This document shows positions 29,358 to 39,640 of a stretch of 64,000 bases of DNA, one piece after another; positions within the stretch are counted from its first letter, which is position 1; every line of letters begins with the position of its first letter. Origin of the DNA: an uncultured Verrucomicrobia subdivision 3 bacterium (GTDB lineage Bacteria > Verrucomicrobiota > Verrucomicrobiia > Limisphaerales > UBA11358); contig CAIXFY010000019.1 of the NCBI GenBank assembly GCA_903918885.1, positions 3,924-67,923 of the forward strand, in the 5' to 3' direction. The position numbers and the translations under genes are program-made. The notes under the pieces are model-generated. The model searched no databases, had not been told where the DNA came from, and worked only from the letters and a program-made list of their open reading frames with translations.

Positions 29358-30290
29358 TTAAAAAACTTCTGCGCGGATACCCGTGATTTGGCGCACGGAT
29401 TGCGCAATCTGCGAAAGCACACGCAAGGGCAGGTGTCCCCACTCGGAATTGCCTCCCGGGCGGGCAGCAGAATAAATTTGCACCAATGAAATTTGTGCGC
29501 TTCCATCCTTAAGTTCCTTGAGGCGTTGGGCATATTCCCGAACCTCCTCATAGGGCGGCTCTTCACCGTGAACCGCTGGAAAAAGACTCTGGATAACCAC
29601 CGGACGTTGCCGCCCGATGAGCAGTATGTTGGACAGAATTTTTTCAAGCGGTAAATCAGGATGATTGACTTTATCAATGAAAGCTTGCGTGCCGCCATCC
29701 AACTTGATCCAGACCTCGTCCGACTTGGTCAGAAATTCCAGCCCGCGCAAAATGTGTGGCTGATCAAGCCCGGTTCCGTTGGTGATCAACACAATCTTAA
29801 AAAAACCGCCCAAGGCACGAACGCGCACCACGGCCTGAACTGCTTCAACAAAATTGGCGGCAAGTGTGGGTTCACCATCACCGCTTAATGCAACTTGACG
29901 CAACTGCAATAGTTCCGAAGGCAAGTGATGAAACCCGGGCTGTTCGGCCAGCTTTCCACTTTGAATGAACGAAATTGTTTTCCGCAATTCAGCCGCCATT
30001 ACATCCACATCAAGATTCTTTTCAGGCGACGACAGACGTCGATCCACCTCGCAATAAGAGCAATCGAAATTACACTTTTTGTCGGGATTCATATTTACAC
30101 CAAGCGAAAGTCCGCGGGCGCGAGAGGAAATAACGGCATATACAAAACGATTGCCCAAAAAATCACGTGGCCGGTCAAAAGCGGTTTCTCGCGCCTGAAA
30201 ATGGCTATAGGTCGAGCCAGTTTTTTTTCTAACGGGCGGATCCGTAATCAATTGATGTGTGACAGTGTGTTCCACGATTTGCATAGTCAC
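29358..30290 (-). CDS. radical SAM protein, uncharacterised subfamily
   Basis: CNFDCSYC (CX3CX2C) lies at 30051-30074, with the downstream glycine-rich motif LSGDGEPTL. The probable true start is ATG 30284, preceded by AAGGTG; the ORF-track GTG is at 30290. Confidence 0.8.
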   Translation of the reverse strand: MTMQIVEHTVTHQLITDPPVRKKTGSTYSHFQARETAFDRPRDFLGNRFVYAVISSRARGLSLGVNMNPDKKCNFDCSYCEVDRRLSSPEKNLDVDVMAAELRKTISFIQSGKLAEQPGFHHLPSELLQLRQVALSGDGEPTLAANFVEAVQAVVRVRALGGFFKIVLITNGTGLDQPHILRGLEFLTKSDEVWIKLDGGTQAFIDKVNHPDLPLEKILSNILLIGRQRPVVIQSLFPAVHGEEPPYEEVREYAQRLKELKDGSAQISLVQIYSAARPGGNSEWGHLPLRVLSQIAQSVRQITGIRAEVF

Positions 30291-30696
30291 CTTAACGCCT
30301 AGCTGCGGTTATTAACCACACGGAGATTGTTGAATTCTTAACAAATTTTGGCGCGGCTAATTTGAATAATTTGCACCGTTAATTCTTAAATGCTTCGCAG
30401 CAAATTTACAAATCTTGGCAAACACGCGGCTAATTTTGGCAAAAGCCGATTCACCGCTTGGCGCTATCAGCAATTCTGCTAATATTGTCAGATGTCAAAA
30501 AATGATTTTCTAAAGATTGAAAATGGCGTTGCAGCATCACCTAGGCAGCAAAGGCGTGACAGCAGCTGCATTGGCTTACTAATCGGTCACCGGTCACTTT
30601 TGGTTTGGCTTCAACAGAAAATTATTCAAGCCGTGTTATTCCATTCCGATTAAATGCCAAACTCTACGAAGCTGATACTAGACCATTCAAACACTT

Positions 30697-33171
30697 ATGC
30701 ACTTAACCAAAACACGAAACGTCATTACTGCACTCATTATTCTCACGTCAGGCACCACGCTCCACGCTGGTGAGGCCGACCTTAAAATCCCACCGCTGGA
30801 CACGGTAAAGTTTGATGGACTGGGGGGAGTGACCGGCATCCAGCTCATGTATCTTGGTATTTTAATGTGCGCCATCGGTGCTATTTTTGGTCTGGTGCAA
30901 TACCAGCAGACCAAATCGCTGCCAGTTCACAAATCCATGGCTGATGTTTCCAAAATTATTTGGGAGACTTGCAAAACCTACTTGTTTCAGCAGGGGAAAT
31001 TTCTCGCCATCCTCTGGCTGCTCATCGGTGGCTGCATATTTTTTTACTTCAAAGTGCTGGAAGAAAAAACCTACGGCAACGTCATGGTAATTCTTGCCGC
31101 ATCAGTCCTCGGAATTCTTGGCAGTTACGGCGTCGCTTGGTTTGGCATCCGCATCAACACCACCGCCAACTCGCGCACTTCTTTCGCCGCGTTGCGCGGC
31201 AACCCGCTTTTGACCGTGGGCATACCGCTGCGCTCCGGCATGAGCGTCGGGCTGCTGCTGGTCTCGGTGGAATTATTTTTCATGATCAGCATTTTGATTT
31301 TTCTGCCGCGCGAACTCGTCGGTCCATGCTTCATTGGTTTTGCCATCGGCGAATCCTTGGGCGCAAGTGTGCTGCGTATCTGTGGCGGCATCTTCACGAA
31401 AATTGCTGATATCGGTAGTGATTTGATGAAAATTGTTTTCAAGCTGCCGGAGGATGATCCGAAGAATCCCGGTGTCATCGCGGATTGCACCGGTGACAAT
31501 GCCGGTGACTCCGTCGGGCCGACGGCCGACGGTTTTGAAACCTACGGCGTGACCGGCGTGGCGCTTATCGCGTTTCTCGCGCTGGCATTGGCGGCCAGCC
31601 CGGTCGTTTGCGCGACGCTCATCATCTGGCTATTCACGATGCGCGCCTTGATGATTGTCACGTCGCTCGTTTCGTATTTTTTGAACGAAGGGATTACGAA
31701 CGCAAAATTCGGTAGCAAGAAGGATTTTGATTTTGAGGAACCGCTCACGCATCTGGTGTGGATTACTTCAGCGGTCTCAATTGTCGTTACCTTTATCGCC
31801 AGTTACCTACTGCTCTCAAAACAGACTGGCATTGATTCAAACTTGTGGTGGGTGCTCTCGGCCATCATTTCCTGCGGCACGGTAGCGGGCGCGGTGATTC
31901 CTGAATTCACCAAAATTTTCACCAGCACCAAATCGCAGCACGTCAAGGAAGTAACCACTTGTTCGCGGCACGGCGGCGCGTCGCTGAACATTTTGTCCGG
32001 CTTCGTGGCGGGCAACTTTTCCGCGTTCTGGATGGGCTTCGTTATTCTCGGCCTCATGTTCTGTGCAAGTCAGTTGGCGACCTACGCCGACTCGCCCATC
32101 CTCGCTCTAATGCCGGAAAAATTTAAATTTGCCGCACCCATCTTCGCATTTGGCCTCGTCGCCTTTGGCTTTCTTGGCATGGGTCCGGTGACTATTGCCG
32201 TGGATAGCTACGGCCCGGTGACAGACAATGCGCAATCCGTCTATGAATTGAGCCGCATCGAGGCGCAGCCGAACATCGCTGCTGAAATCGAAAAGGATTT
32301 TGGCTTCAAGCCGGACTTCGAAAACGCCAAGCACCTGCTCGAAAAAAATGACGGCGCGGGCAATACGTTCAAAGCCACAGCCAAGCCGGTGCTCATCGGA
32401 ACCGCCGTCGTAGGCGCAACCACGATGGTTTTTGGCATCATCATTCTTTTGGAAAACATGTTCGGCAATGTCATCGCCCACTTGAGTTTGGTGCAGCCGG
32501 AAATCATCCTCGGCCTGCTCATGGGTGGCGCAGTCATCTACTGGTTTACTGGCGCCAGCACGCAAGCCGTCGTCACCGGTGCGTATCGCGCGGTGGTTTA
32601 TATTGAAGAACACATGAAGCTCGATGCCACCACGGCGTCCGAGGCGGACAGTAAGGAAGTCGTCCGTATCTGCACCGTTTATGCGCAGAAGGGCATGTGG
32701 AACATCTTCATTGTCATCTTTTGCCTCGCGCTCGGGCTCGCGTTTTTCAATCCGTATTTCTTCATCGGCTATCTTGTCGGGATTGCGTTCTTCGGTTTGT
32801 ATCAAGCCATTTTCATGGCCAACGCTGGCGGCGCGTGGGACAACGCCAAGAAGATTGTTGAAGTCGATCTCCGGCAAAAAGGCACACCGCTCCACGCCGC
32901 CACCGTCGTGGGTGACACCGTGGGCGATCCGTTCAAGGACACAAGTTCCGTGGCGCTGAATCCGGTCATCAAATTCACTACCCTCTTCGGTTTGCTCGCA
33001 GTCGAAATCGCCGTGACTATTCCGCATCAGAGCATCAAAACGCTCATCGGCGGATTTTTCCTCATCGTGGCGCTGGTTTTCATTTACCGTTCATTTTACG
33101 CCATGCGGATTCCCGAGGCGGACATCGAGGCGGACGACCCTGCTAATTGCCAGAATGGGAACAACCAGTGA
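30697..33171 (+). CDS. hppA: membrane-bound proton-translocating pyrophosphatase
   Basis: 824-aa polytopic ORF. Motifs GDNAGDSVGPTADGFETYG, GGAWDNAKK and GDTVGDPFKDTSSVALNPVIKF are present. GNTFKA has Lys at the position I recall as distinguishing K+-independent pumps. The N-terminal extension looks like a signal sequence. Confidence 0.9.
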   Translation: MHLTKTRNVITALIILTSGTTLHAGEADLKIPPLDTVKFDGLGGVTGIQLMYLGILMCAIGAIFGLVQYQQTKSLPVHKSMADVSKIIWETCKTYLFQQGKFLAILWLLIGGCIFFYFKVLEEKTYGNVMVILAASVLGILGSYGVAWFGIRINTTANSRTSFAALRGNPLLTVGIPLRSGMSVGLLLVSVELFFMISILIFLPRELVGPCFIGFAIGESLGASVLRICGGIFTKIADIGSDLMKIVFKLPEDDPKNPGVIADCTGDNAGDSVGPTADGFETYGVTGVALIAFLALALAASPVVCATLIIWLFTMRALMIVTSLVSYFLNEGITNAKFGSKKDFDFEEPLTHLVWITSAVSIVVTFIASYLLLSKQTGIDSNLWWVLSAIISCGTVAGAVIPEFTKIFTSTKSQHVKEVTTCSRHGGASLNILSGFVAGNFSAFWMGFVILGLMFCASQLATYADSPILALMPEKFKFAAPIFAFGLVAFGFLGMGPVTIAVDSYGPVTDNAQSVYELSRIEAQPNIAAEIEKDFGFKPDFENAKHLLEKNDGAGNTFKATAKPVLIGTAVVGATTMVFGIIILLENMFGNVIAHLSLVQPEIILGLLMGGAVIYWFTGASTQAVVTGAYRAVVYIEEHMKLDATTASEADSKEVVRICTVYAQKGMWNIFIVIFCLALGLAFFNPYFFIGYLVGIAFFGLYQAIFMANAGGAWDNAKKIVEVDLRQKGTPLHAATVVGDTVGDPFKDTSSVALNPVIKFTTLFGLLAVEIAVTIPHQSIKTLIGGFFLIVALVFIYRSFYAMRIPEADIEADDPANCQNGNNQ

Positions 33172-33225
33172 TTCCAGCATAAAATTTATTCTTTCCACCA
33201 CGCGAAGATAAAATAAATTTTCCGC

Positions 33226-33957
33226 GTGAGCACTTCACGCGAATGGCTTCGCGCCGGGCTGGAATTGTTATATCCGCCGGTTTGCCAACTTTGCCAAACC
33301 AACCGCGCCGACGCGCGCGCCGGACTGGTTTGCGGCAAATGCTGGTCGCAGGTGCGCTTCATCCGTCCGCCATTTTGCGAGCGCTGCGGGCTGCCGTTCG
33401 AGGGCGATTTGACCACCGCCTTCGTCTGCACCAACTGCCACGACCTTGAATTGCATTTCACCTCCGCGCGCTCGGCGGTGGTTGCCAAGACCGCCGTGCT
33501 GGAAGCCATCCATCGTTTCAAATATCAACGCGCCTTGTGGTTCGAGGATTTTCTGGCCGAACTGCTAGTGCGCGAAGCCGCACCAGAATTGAAAACGGAC
33601 AACTGGGATTTCATTGTCCCCGTGCCATTGCATCCGCTGAAATTGCGGGAACGCGAATTCAATCAAGCCGAGCGCCTCGCCGTGCATTTGAGCCACGCCA
33701 CAATAATTCCATTAAACACCAAAATTCTCCGGCGGATTGCTCTCACCGCCACGCAAACGCTGCTCACGCGCGACCAGCGCGCGACGAATATGAAGAACGC
33801 CTTCACCGTCCGCCCCGATGCCAGATTGGGCGGTAAACGCATCGTTTTACTGGACGATGTCTTCACCACCGGCGCCACGACCAATGACTGCGCGCGGGCT
33901 TTGCGCGACGCGGGCGCGGCGGCGGTGTGTGTCTGGACAGTTGCGCGTGGCCTGTGA
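33226..33957 (+). CDS. comF: ComF-family protein (phosphoribosyltransferase domain)
   Basis: GTG start. The N-terminal Cys-pair zinc-finger-like motifs are CQLC...CGKC, CERCG and CTNC. The C-terminal PRTase motif is VLLDDVFTTGAT. Confidence 0.8.
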   Translation: MSTSREWLRAGLELLYPPVCQLCQTNRADARAGLVCGKCWSQVRFIRPPFCERCGLPFEGDLTTAFVCTNCHDLELHFTSARSAVVAKTAVLEAIHRFKYQRALWFEDFLAELLVREAAPELKTDNWDFIVPVPLHPLKLREREFNQAERLAVHLSHATIIPLNTKILRRIALTATQTLLTRDQRATNMKNAFTVRPDARLGGKRIVLLDDVFTTGATTNDCARALRDAGAAAVCVWTVARGL

Positions 33958-33978
33958 ATTTCGTAGTATCAGGCGTTC

Positions 33979-34926
33979 ATGGATACTACTTCGTTCTTGA
34001 AAAAGACCATTGATGGCGTGACGCAGGTTGAACCGGCTTTGACGCCGCCGACGACGGACGCGGCGGAGACGACTTTCGCTAAAAAGCCAAAACTGGGCAC
34101 CAGAAAGTCGCGCAAACGCGAGATTCCTGAAGGTCTTTGGACAAAATGTCCCTCCTGCGAAGCGATGATTTTCGACAAGGAACTGGACGAAAATCTCAAG
34201 ATTTGCCCCAAGTGTGAACACCACTTTCCCATCGGCGCACGTGAGCGCATTCATTCGCTCGTCGAAACCTGTTCATTCGAGGAAATGGATGCTGCTATGG
34301 CCAGCGTGGATGTGCTCGGATTTAAAGGCGTTTCCACCTACAAGTCCAAGCTTGATGCGCTAAAGAAAAAATCAACCCTGAAAGACGCGGTCATCACCGG
34401 CATCAGTAAAATGGGCGCACACACCGTTGCGCTCGGCGTGATGGACTTCGGCTTTCTCGGCGGCTCAATGGGTTCCGTGGTCGGTGAAAAGCTTACCCGA
34501 TTGATCGAACGCGGAACCGAGGGCGGCTGGCCGGTCATCATCATTTCCACCAGCGGCGGCGCGCGCATGTATGAAGGCATGTTCAGCCTCATGCAAATGG
34601 CCAAGACGAGCGCTGCACTCGCCTATCACGCACAAAAAAAATTGCCTTACATCAGCATTCTCGTAAATCCGGACTACGCGGGCGTCATGGCCAGCTACGC
34701 CAGCCTCGGTGATCTGATTCTCGCAGAACCCAAGGCGATGATTGGATTCGCCGGACCGCGTGTCATCAAAGACACCACGCAGGCGGAACTGCCGCCCGGT
34801 TTCCAAACCTCCGAATTTCTTCTGGATCACGGCTTGATTGACGCGATTGTTCACCGGAAGGAAATGAAGGCGCAACTGGAGAAATACTTGGATTACTTCG
34901 CCGCTGGTCAAAAGAACGTCGGCTAA
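33979..34926 (+). CDS. accD: acetyl-CoA carboxylase carboxyltransferase subunit beta
   Basis: It has the zinc ribbon CPSCEAMIFDKELDENLKICPKCEHH, followed by the carboxyltransferase core (GGSMGSVVGEK, SGGARMYEG). Confidence 0.9.
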   Translation: MDTTSFLKKTIDGVTQVEPALTPPTTDAAETTFAKKPKLGTRKSRKREIPEGLWTKCPSCEAMIFDKELDENLKICPKCEHHFPIGARERIHSLVETCSFEEMDAAMASVDVLGFKGVSTYKSKLDALKKKSTLKDAVITGISKMGAHTVALGVMDFGFLGGSMGSVVGEKLTRLIERGTEGGWPVIIISTSGGARMYEGMFSLMQMAKTSAALAYHAQKKLPYISILVNPDYAGVMASYASLGDLILAEPKAMIGFAGPRVIKDTTQAELPPGFQTSEFLLDHGLIDAIVHRKEMKAQLEKYLDYFAAGQKNVG

Positions 34927-35043
34927 AACTTCCGAGCGAAATTTTGCACTGCGGACTTGATTTTGTGTTTACCCAACGTTTGTTGCGGTTGACAGGCTCC
35001 CTGTATTTTCGGAAATTGCGCGACTTAATTCACCCGAAACAAC

Positions 35044-37017
35044 ATGAGCAAAGAAGCCATCTCAACCCAATCACTGCAACAAGCCGGCCGCACTTTCCCG
35101 CCGTCGGCGGAAGTCATCAAGCACGCCTTGATCAATTCCGCCCAATACGACGCCATGTATGCGCGCTCCGTGAATGACTCGGAAAAATTCTGGATGGAAC
35201 AATCCGCCTCGCTCGATTGGTTCAAAAAACCAACGCACGCCCGCAAGTTTGAGTGGAACACCGACAAGCGCGTCATCAAACACACTTGGTTCGAAGACGG
35301 CGAACTGAATGTCACCGTCAACTGCCTCGATCGCCATCTCAAGACTATCGGCCATAAGACCGCCATCATCTGGCAGGGCGAACCCGAAGAAGATGTGAAA
35401 CACATCTCTTACGCCGAACTGCACAAAGATGTCTGCAAGTTCGCCAACGTCCTCAAATCGCTCGGCGTGCAGAAGGGCGACCGCGTCGCGATTTACATGC
35501 CGATGATTCCCGAAGCCGCCGTCGCGATGCTCGCGTGTGCGCGCATCGGCGCGATTCACTCAATTGTCTTCGGCGGGTTCAGCTCCGATTCACTCGCGGG
35601 CCGTATCAACGATTCCGAATGCAAATTGCTCATCACCGCGAACGTCTCGCTCCGCGCCGGAAAATCGCTCGCACTCAAGCAGCTCGCCGACGCCGCGCTC
35701 ACACACACGTCGAGCATCCAGAAAGTCGTCGTCGTGAAACGCAACGATGAGCCGTGCAACATCACCGCCGGACGCGACGTGTGGTATCACGAATTAATGG
35801 CGAAAGCCTCCAACGATTGCCCGGCGGAAAAGATGAAGGCCGAAGATTATCTCTTCATCCTCTACACCTCGGGTTCCACCGGCAAACCGAAGGGCGTCGT
35901 GCACAGCACCGCGGGTTATCTGCTCTGGAGTGCGCTCACACACAAATACGTTTTTGATATCCACGAGAACGACGTTTACTTCTGCACAGCCGACATCGGC
36001 TGGGTCACCGGTCACAGCTACGTCGTTTACGGCCCGCTCTGCAATGGCGGCACCACGCTCATGTTCGAAGGCGTGCCGACCTATCCCGACGCCGGACGCC
36101 TCTGGAAAATTGTCGAAAAGTTCAAGGTGAATTCCTTCTACACCGCGCCCACCGCTATCCGTGCGTTGATCCGCCTCGGCGATGAATTCCCCGCGAAATA
36201 CAATATGTCTTCGCTCCGCGTGCTTGGTTCCGTTGGCGAACCGATCAATCCTGAAGCGTGGATGTGGTATTACAAACACGTCGGCGGCGAACGTTGTCCC
36301 ATCGTGGACACCTGGTGGCAGACCGAAACTGGCGGACACCTTATCACGCCGATGCCCGGTGCGCACACGCTCAAGCCCGGCAGCGCCGGACGCGCGTTCT
36401 TTGGCGTGGAACCGGTTGTCCTCCGCGATGACGGCTCCGAATGCAAACCGAACGAGGGCGGCAAACTCTGCATCAAGAAACCGTGGCCCGGCATCATGCG
36501 CACGACGTGGGGTGACCATGACCGTTTCATCAACACTTATTTCGCCACGTTCAAGGACATGTATTTCACCGGCGACGGCTGCCGCATTGATGCCGATGGC
36601 GACTACTGGTTGCTCGGCCGCGTGGACGATGTCGTCAATGTCTCCGGCCACCGCATCGGCACCGCCGAAGTCGAGAGCGCGCTCGTGAGTCACGCGAAAG
36701 TGGCCGAAGCCGCCGTCGCGCCCATGCCGCACGACATCAAAGGCCAGGCGCTCTACGCGTTCGTGACGTTGAAAGACGGCGAAGTGGAAAGTGAGGAATT
36801 GAAGAAAGATCTGGCGCTCCACGTCCGCCGGGAAATCGGCGCCATCGCCGTGCCGGATAAAATCCAATTCGCGCCCGGCCTGCCGAAGACGCGTTCGGGA
36901 AAAATCATGCGCCGTATCCTGCGCAAGATCGCCGAGAACCAGACCGACCAGATTGGCGATACCAGCACACTCGCCGACCCCGGTGTGGTGGACGCGCTGG
37001 TGAAGGGTAAACAGTGA
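35044..37017 (+). CDS. acs: acetyl-CoA synthetase (AMP-forming)
   Basis: 657-aa ORF. It has the AMP-binding motif [19 protein letters not shown], and the C-terminal [17 protein letters not shown] with the conserved regulatory lysine codon at 36901-36903. Confidence 0.95.
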   Translation: MSKEAISTQSLQQAGRTFPPSAEVIKHALINSAQYDAMYARSVNDSEKFWMEQSASLDWFKKPTHARKFEWNTDKRVIKHTWFEDGELNVTVNCLDRHLKTIGHKTAIIWQGEPEEDVKHISYAELHKDVCKFANVLKSLGVQKGDRVAIYMPMIPEAAVAMLACARIGAIHSIVFGGFSSDSLAGRINDSECKLLITANVSLRAGKSLALKQLADAALTHTSSIQKVVVVKRNDEPCNITAGRDVWYHELMAKASNDCPAEKMKAEDYLFILYTSGSTGKPKGVVHSTAGYLLWSALTHKYVFDIHENDVYFCTADIGWVTGHSYVVYGPLCNGGTTLMFEGVPTYPDAGRLWKIVEKFKVNSFYTAPTAIRALIRLGDEFPAKYNMSSLRVLGSVGEPINPEAWMWYYKHVGGERCPIVDTWWQTETGGHLITPMPGAHTLKPGSAGRAFFGVEPVVLRDDGSECKPNEGGKLCIKKPWPGIMRTTWGDHDRFINTYFATFKDMYFTGDGCRIDADGDYWLLGRVDDVVNVSGHRIGTAEVESALVSHAKVAEAAVAPMPHDIKGQALYAFVTLKDGEVESEELKKDLALHVRREIGAIAVPDKIQFAPGLPKTRSGKIMRRILRKIAENQTDQIGDTSTLADPGVVDALVKGKQ

Positions 37018-37061
37018 AGCGGCGCTTGCCTGAAAGCGAAATTTAACTACACTTTACAGTA

Positions 37062-37217
37062 ATGAAATTTACGTTGGCTCTGTTGGTTTTTTGCCTGTTC
37101 GCCTTCTTCATCAGTTGGGGAATTGTCATGCTGATGCACGGTTCGCCGTGGCTGCTGATTGCTTCGGTTGGCGTGTTTCTCGGCACCTTTATCAAATACG
37201 GCTGCCTCTCGCACTAA
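37062..37217 (+). CDS. possible 51-aa two-TM small membrane protein (below the ORF-track length cutoff)
   Basis: My own translation is MKFTLALLVFCLFAFFISWGIVMLMHGSPWLLIASVGVFLGTFIKYGCLSH*. It has two hydrophobic helices and fills the gap between acs and the convergent S8 gene. No homology evidence is available. Confidence 0.35.
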   Translation: MKFTLALLVFCLFAFFISWGIVMLMHGSPWLLIASVGVFLGTFIKYGCLSH

Positions 37218-37220
37218 AGC

Positions 37221-38600
37221 TCACTTTGCGGGCACGGGAAATTGTTTCTGCATTGTGGCGAGAATTTGCTCCCAGGTTTGCGAACTCCCGCTTTTGGTTC
37301 CCGCAGCAATACCGGTCGCGTAGGCCGTCGCCGGCGAAGTTCCTTGGACGATGAACGCTTGTCCGCCGAGATAAATCACGCTCTGCCCCGGCAGCGCAAT
37401 GGCCGTCCCGCTGCCGTAGTTCGAATACGGCGCAAGCTGTGAGCCCTGCTTAGCGGCCACGGCGACGACGCCGGGATTCGACGCCGGCGAGTTCACGGTG
37501 TTTTCTCCGCTGTTTCCCGTCGCCGCAAAAATGACGATGCCTCTGGCCAGCATCTGATTCACAAAATCGTCAAGCATTGGACTAGCGTTCTTGCCACCAA
37601 GACTCAAGTTAATCGGGTTAGCACCGCCGTTAGCCACGGCTTGAAGACCGAGTATCAAATTCCAAGTCGTCGCTGTTTCGCTGTTGCCATAAATGTCCAC
37701 CGGCAGTATCTGCACCGAAGTCCCGTTGTTCTGCGCGGCAATCGCGCGAAGAATTGTTTCTGCCATGCTGGTGGCGTGCGTGGGATCGCTGCTGCCAACA
37801 GAAGCATCGCCCGCAACCGACAGGGGCTTGAGGATAAACTTGTCCAGCTCCGCACCGAGCGGTTGAATGGCAGTGTCCACCAAGCCAACGATGACGCGCC
37901 CAGAATCTGGCGGTGGATTCAGCGTGAGCGATACGGGGCCGACCGGCGCGTTCGCCAGCTTTTGCGGTGCAACGGGCGGTTCAAATAGATAATTGTAATC
38001 CACCTGCGCCACATCGGAATTGGATTTCAACTTCGCCAGCGCGGCGTCCGTGGTAGCGGCGTCATCGAATTGCAATTTGTAAAGCCCCAGCTTGTCGTTG
38101 CGTCCGGTCACCTTCGCGCCAAGTGCCTTGGCGAGCGCGTCAATATCCGTGCCCGGCTTGAGCTTGAGAAGCAGCTCGTTGGCGGTATGTTTGGCCGCAG
38201 CGACTGAATTGGTGGCGGCGATATTCACGCGCTGCGTCGCGGCGCGGATTGTGGTGGTGAAAACGTAAAGGTGATCCGCCGAATTGGTCTGCGGCACAAA
38301 GGCGAAGTTCAAATCGCCGAGCAATTTCTTCAACGCCTCGCCGCGCAGCAGGTTTCTAAACTTAACGTCGGCTTTCCGATCCGCGCCCGGCTCCACAAAA
38401 ATATGCCAACCGGTCTGGTGCGCGATGTCTTCGAGCAACGGCCAGAGAGCTTCGCCGCGCACGTTCGCGCTGACGCGGTCGGCGGCGGTGTTCCAGATGA
38501 TTGAGTTTGTGTTATCCGCGTGAACTGTCAGCCAAACGCCCAAAATGCCGGCAAACAGAGAAATGATTTTGGCGCGGTTCATGACACTTGGATGATACAA
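37221..38600 (-). CDS. exported S8-family (subtilisin-like) serine peptidase with N-terminal STN-like and I9-like propeptide regions
   Basis: The catalytic-triad contexts are VGLVDTAI (Asp), DPTHATSMAE (His) and QGTSPATAYATG (Ser), with the oxyanion ATGNSG. A signal/anchor segment follows the N-terminus (IISLFAGILGVWLTVHA). Confidence 0.75.
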   Translation of the reverse strand: MYHPSVMNRAKIISLFAGILGVWLTVHADNTNSIIWNTAADRVSANVRGEALWPLLEDIAHQTGWHIFVEPGADRKADVKFRNLLRGEALKKLLGDLNFAFVPQTNSADHLYVFTTTIRAATQRVNIAATNSVAAAKHTANELLLKLKPGTDIDALAKALGAKVTGRNDKLGLYKLQFDDAATTDAALAKLKSNSDVAQVDYNYLFEPPVAPQKLANAPVGPVSLTLNPPPDSGRVIVGLVDTAIQPLGAELDKFILKPLSVAGDASVGSSDPTHATSMAETILRAIAAQNNGTSVQILPVDIYGNSETATTWNLILGLQAVANGGANPINLSLGGKNASPMLDDFVNQMLARGIVIFAATGNSGENTVNSPASNPGVVAVAAKQGSQLAPYSNYGSGTAIALPGQSVIYLGGQAFIVQGTSPATAYATGIAAGTKSGSSQTWEQILATMQKQFPVPAK

Positions 38601-38621
38601 CCGGCGCAGACGTTCAACGAA

Positions 38622-39632
38622 TTATTTCTTCAGCACGGATTTCACCCAGTCCTGATTGGCGATATACCATTGAATCGTTTCACGGATGCCGTCTTCAAAC
38701 TTGTGCGCGGGCGTCCAGCCGAGTTCTCGCTCAATCTTCGTCGCGTCAATCGCGTAACGCCGGTCGTGGCCGGGACGATCCTTCACGAAGGTGATGAGTT
38801 TGCGCGAGTTACCACCGAGCGCGGGCGCGAATTCGTCAACGGTGTCGCAAATAAGCTCCACGATAAGGATGTTGGCCCATTCGTTATGGCCGCCGATGTT
38901 GTAAGTCTCGGCGATCTGGCCTTTGTTCAAAACCGTCCAAAGCGCCTCCGCGTGGTCGCGCACGTAAAGCCAGTCGCGCACGTTCATACCGTCGCCGTAA
39001 ACCGGCAGCGGCTTGCGGGCGAGGATATTTTGGATGATGACAGGGATGAGCTTTTCCGGAAATTGAAACGGGCCGTAGTTGTTAGAGCAATTCGTAATGA
39101 CCGTCGGCAGACCGTAAGTGTGATGATACGCGCGAACAAGAAAATCACTCGACGCCTTGCTGGCGGAATACGGCGAATTTGGTGCGTAGGCAGTCGTCTC
39201 GGTGAACAAACCCGTCGCGCCGAGGGAGCCATAAACTTCATCCGTGCTGACGTGGTGAAATTTTTTGCCCGCGAAGTCGCCATTCCAAACCGCGCGGCAG
39301 GCTTCGAGCAAGTTGAACGTGCCGACAATGTTCGTCTGGATGAAATCGCCCGGCCCGGTGATGGATCGATCCACATGCGATTCCGCCGCGAGGTGCATGA
39401 CGTGCGTGATGCCGTGCTTTTCGACAACCTTCAGCGTGGCCGCCTTGTCGCGCAAATCAACCCGCTCAAAAATGTATTTTGGATGTTGGGAAATTTTCTC
39501 CAAATTTTCCAGCCGCCCCGCGTAAGTCAGGCAGTCGAGGTTGATGAGCTTGGTGACACGCGGATCATCAATAACGTGGTGGATGAGGTTGGAGCCGATA
39601 AAGCCCGCGCCGCCGGTAATGAGCAGATTCAT
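38622..39632 (-). CDS. rfbB: dTDP-glucose 4,6-dehydratase
   Basis: [30 protein letters not shown] (YxxxK) and the C-terminal [11 protein letters not shown] are all classic RmlB motifs. Confidence 0.95.
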   Translation of the reverse strand: MNLLITGGAGFIGSNLIHHVIDDPRVTKLINLDCLTYAGRLENLEKISQHPKYIFERVDLRDKAATLKVVEKHGITHVMHLAAESHVDRSITGPGDFIQTNIVGTFNLLEACRAVWNGDFAGKKFHHVSTDEVYGSLGATGLFTETTAYAPNSPYSASKASSDFLVRAYHHTYGLPTVITNCSNNYGPFQFPEKLIPVIIQNILARKPLPVYGDGMNVRDWLYVRDHAEALWTVLNKGQIAETYNIGGHNEWANILIVELICDTVDEFAPALGGNSRKLITFVKDRPGHDRRYAIDATKIERELGWTPAHKFEDGIRETIQWYIANQDWVKSVLKK

Positions 39633-39640
39633 TTTGAAAT

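Noticed and set aside
30291-30696. Sigma-54-type -24/-12 promoters (several TGGC motifs) and small ORFs as possible RiPP precursors for the radical SAM gene. The ORFs are a 53-aa plus-strand ORF at 30492-30653 and 27- and 28-aa minus-strand ORFs at 30488-30571 and 30451-30537.
   Set aside because: No TGGC motif has a TTGC or GC element at the correct 12-nt GG-to-GC spacing. The small ORFs overlap one another on opposite strands and have no leader/core features, ribosome-binding sites or repeats. This evidence is insufficient.
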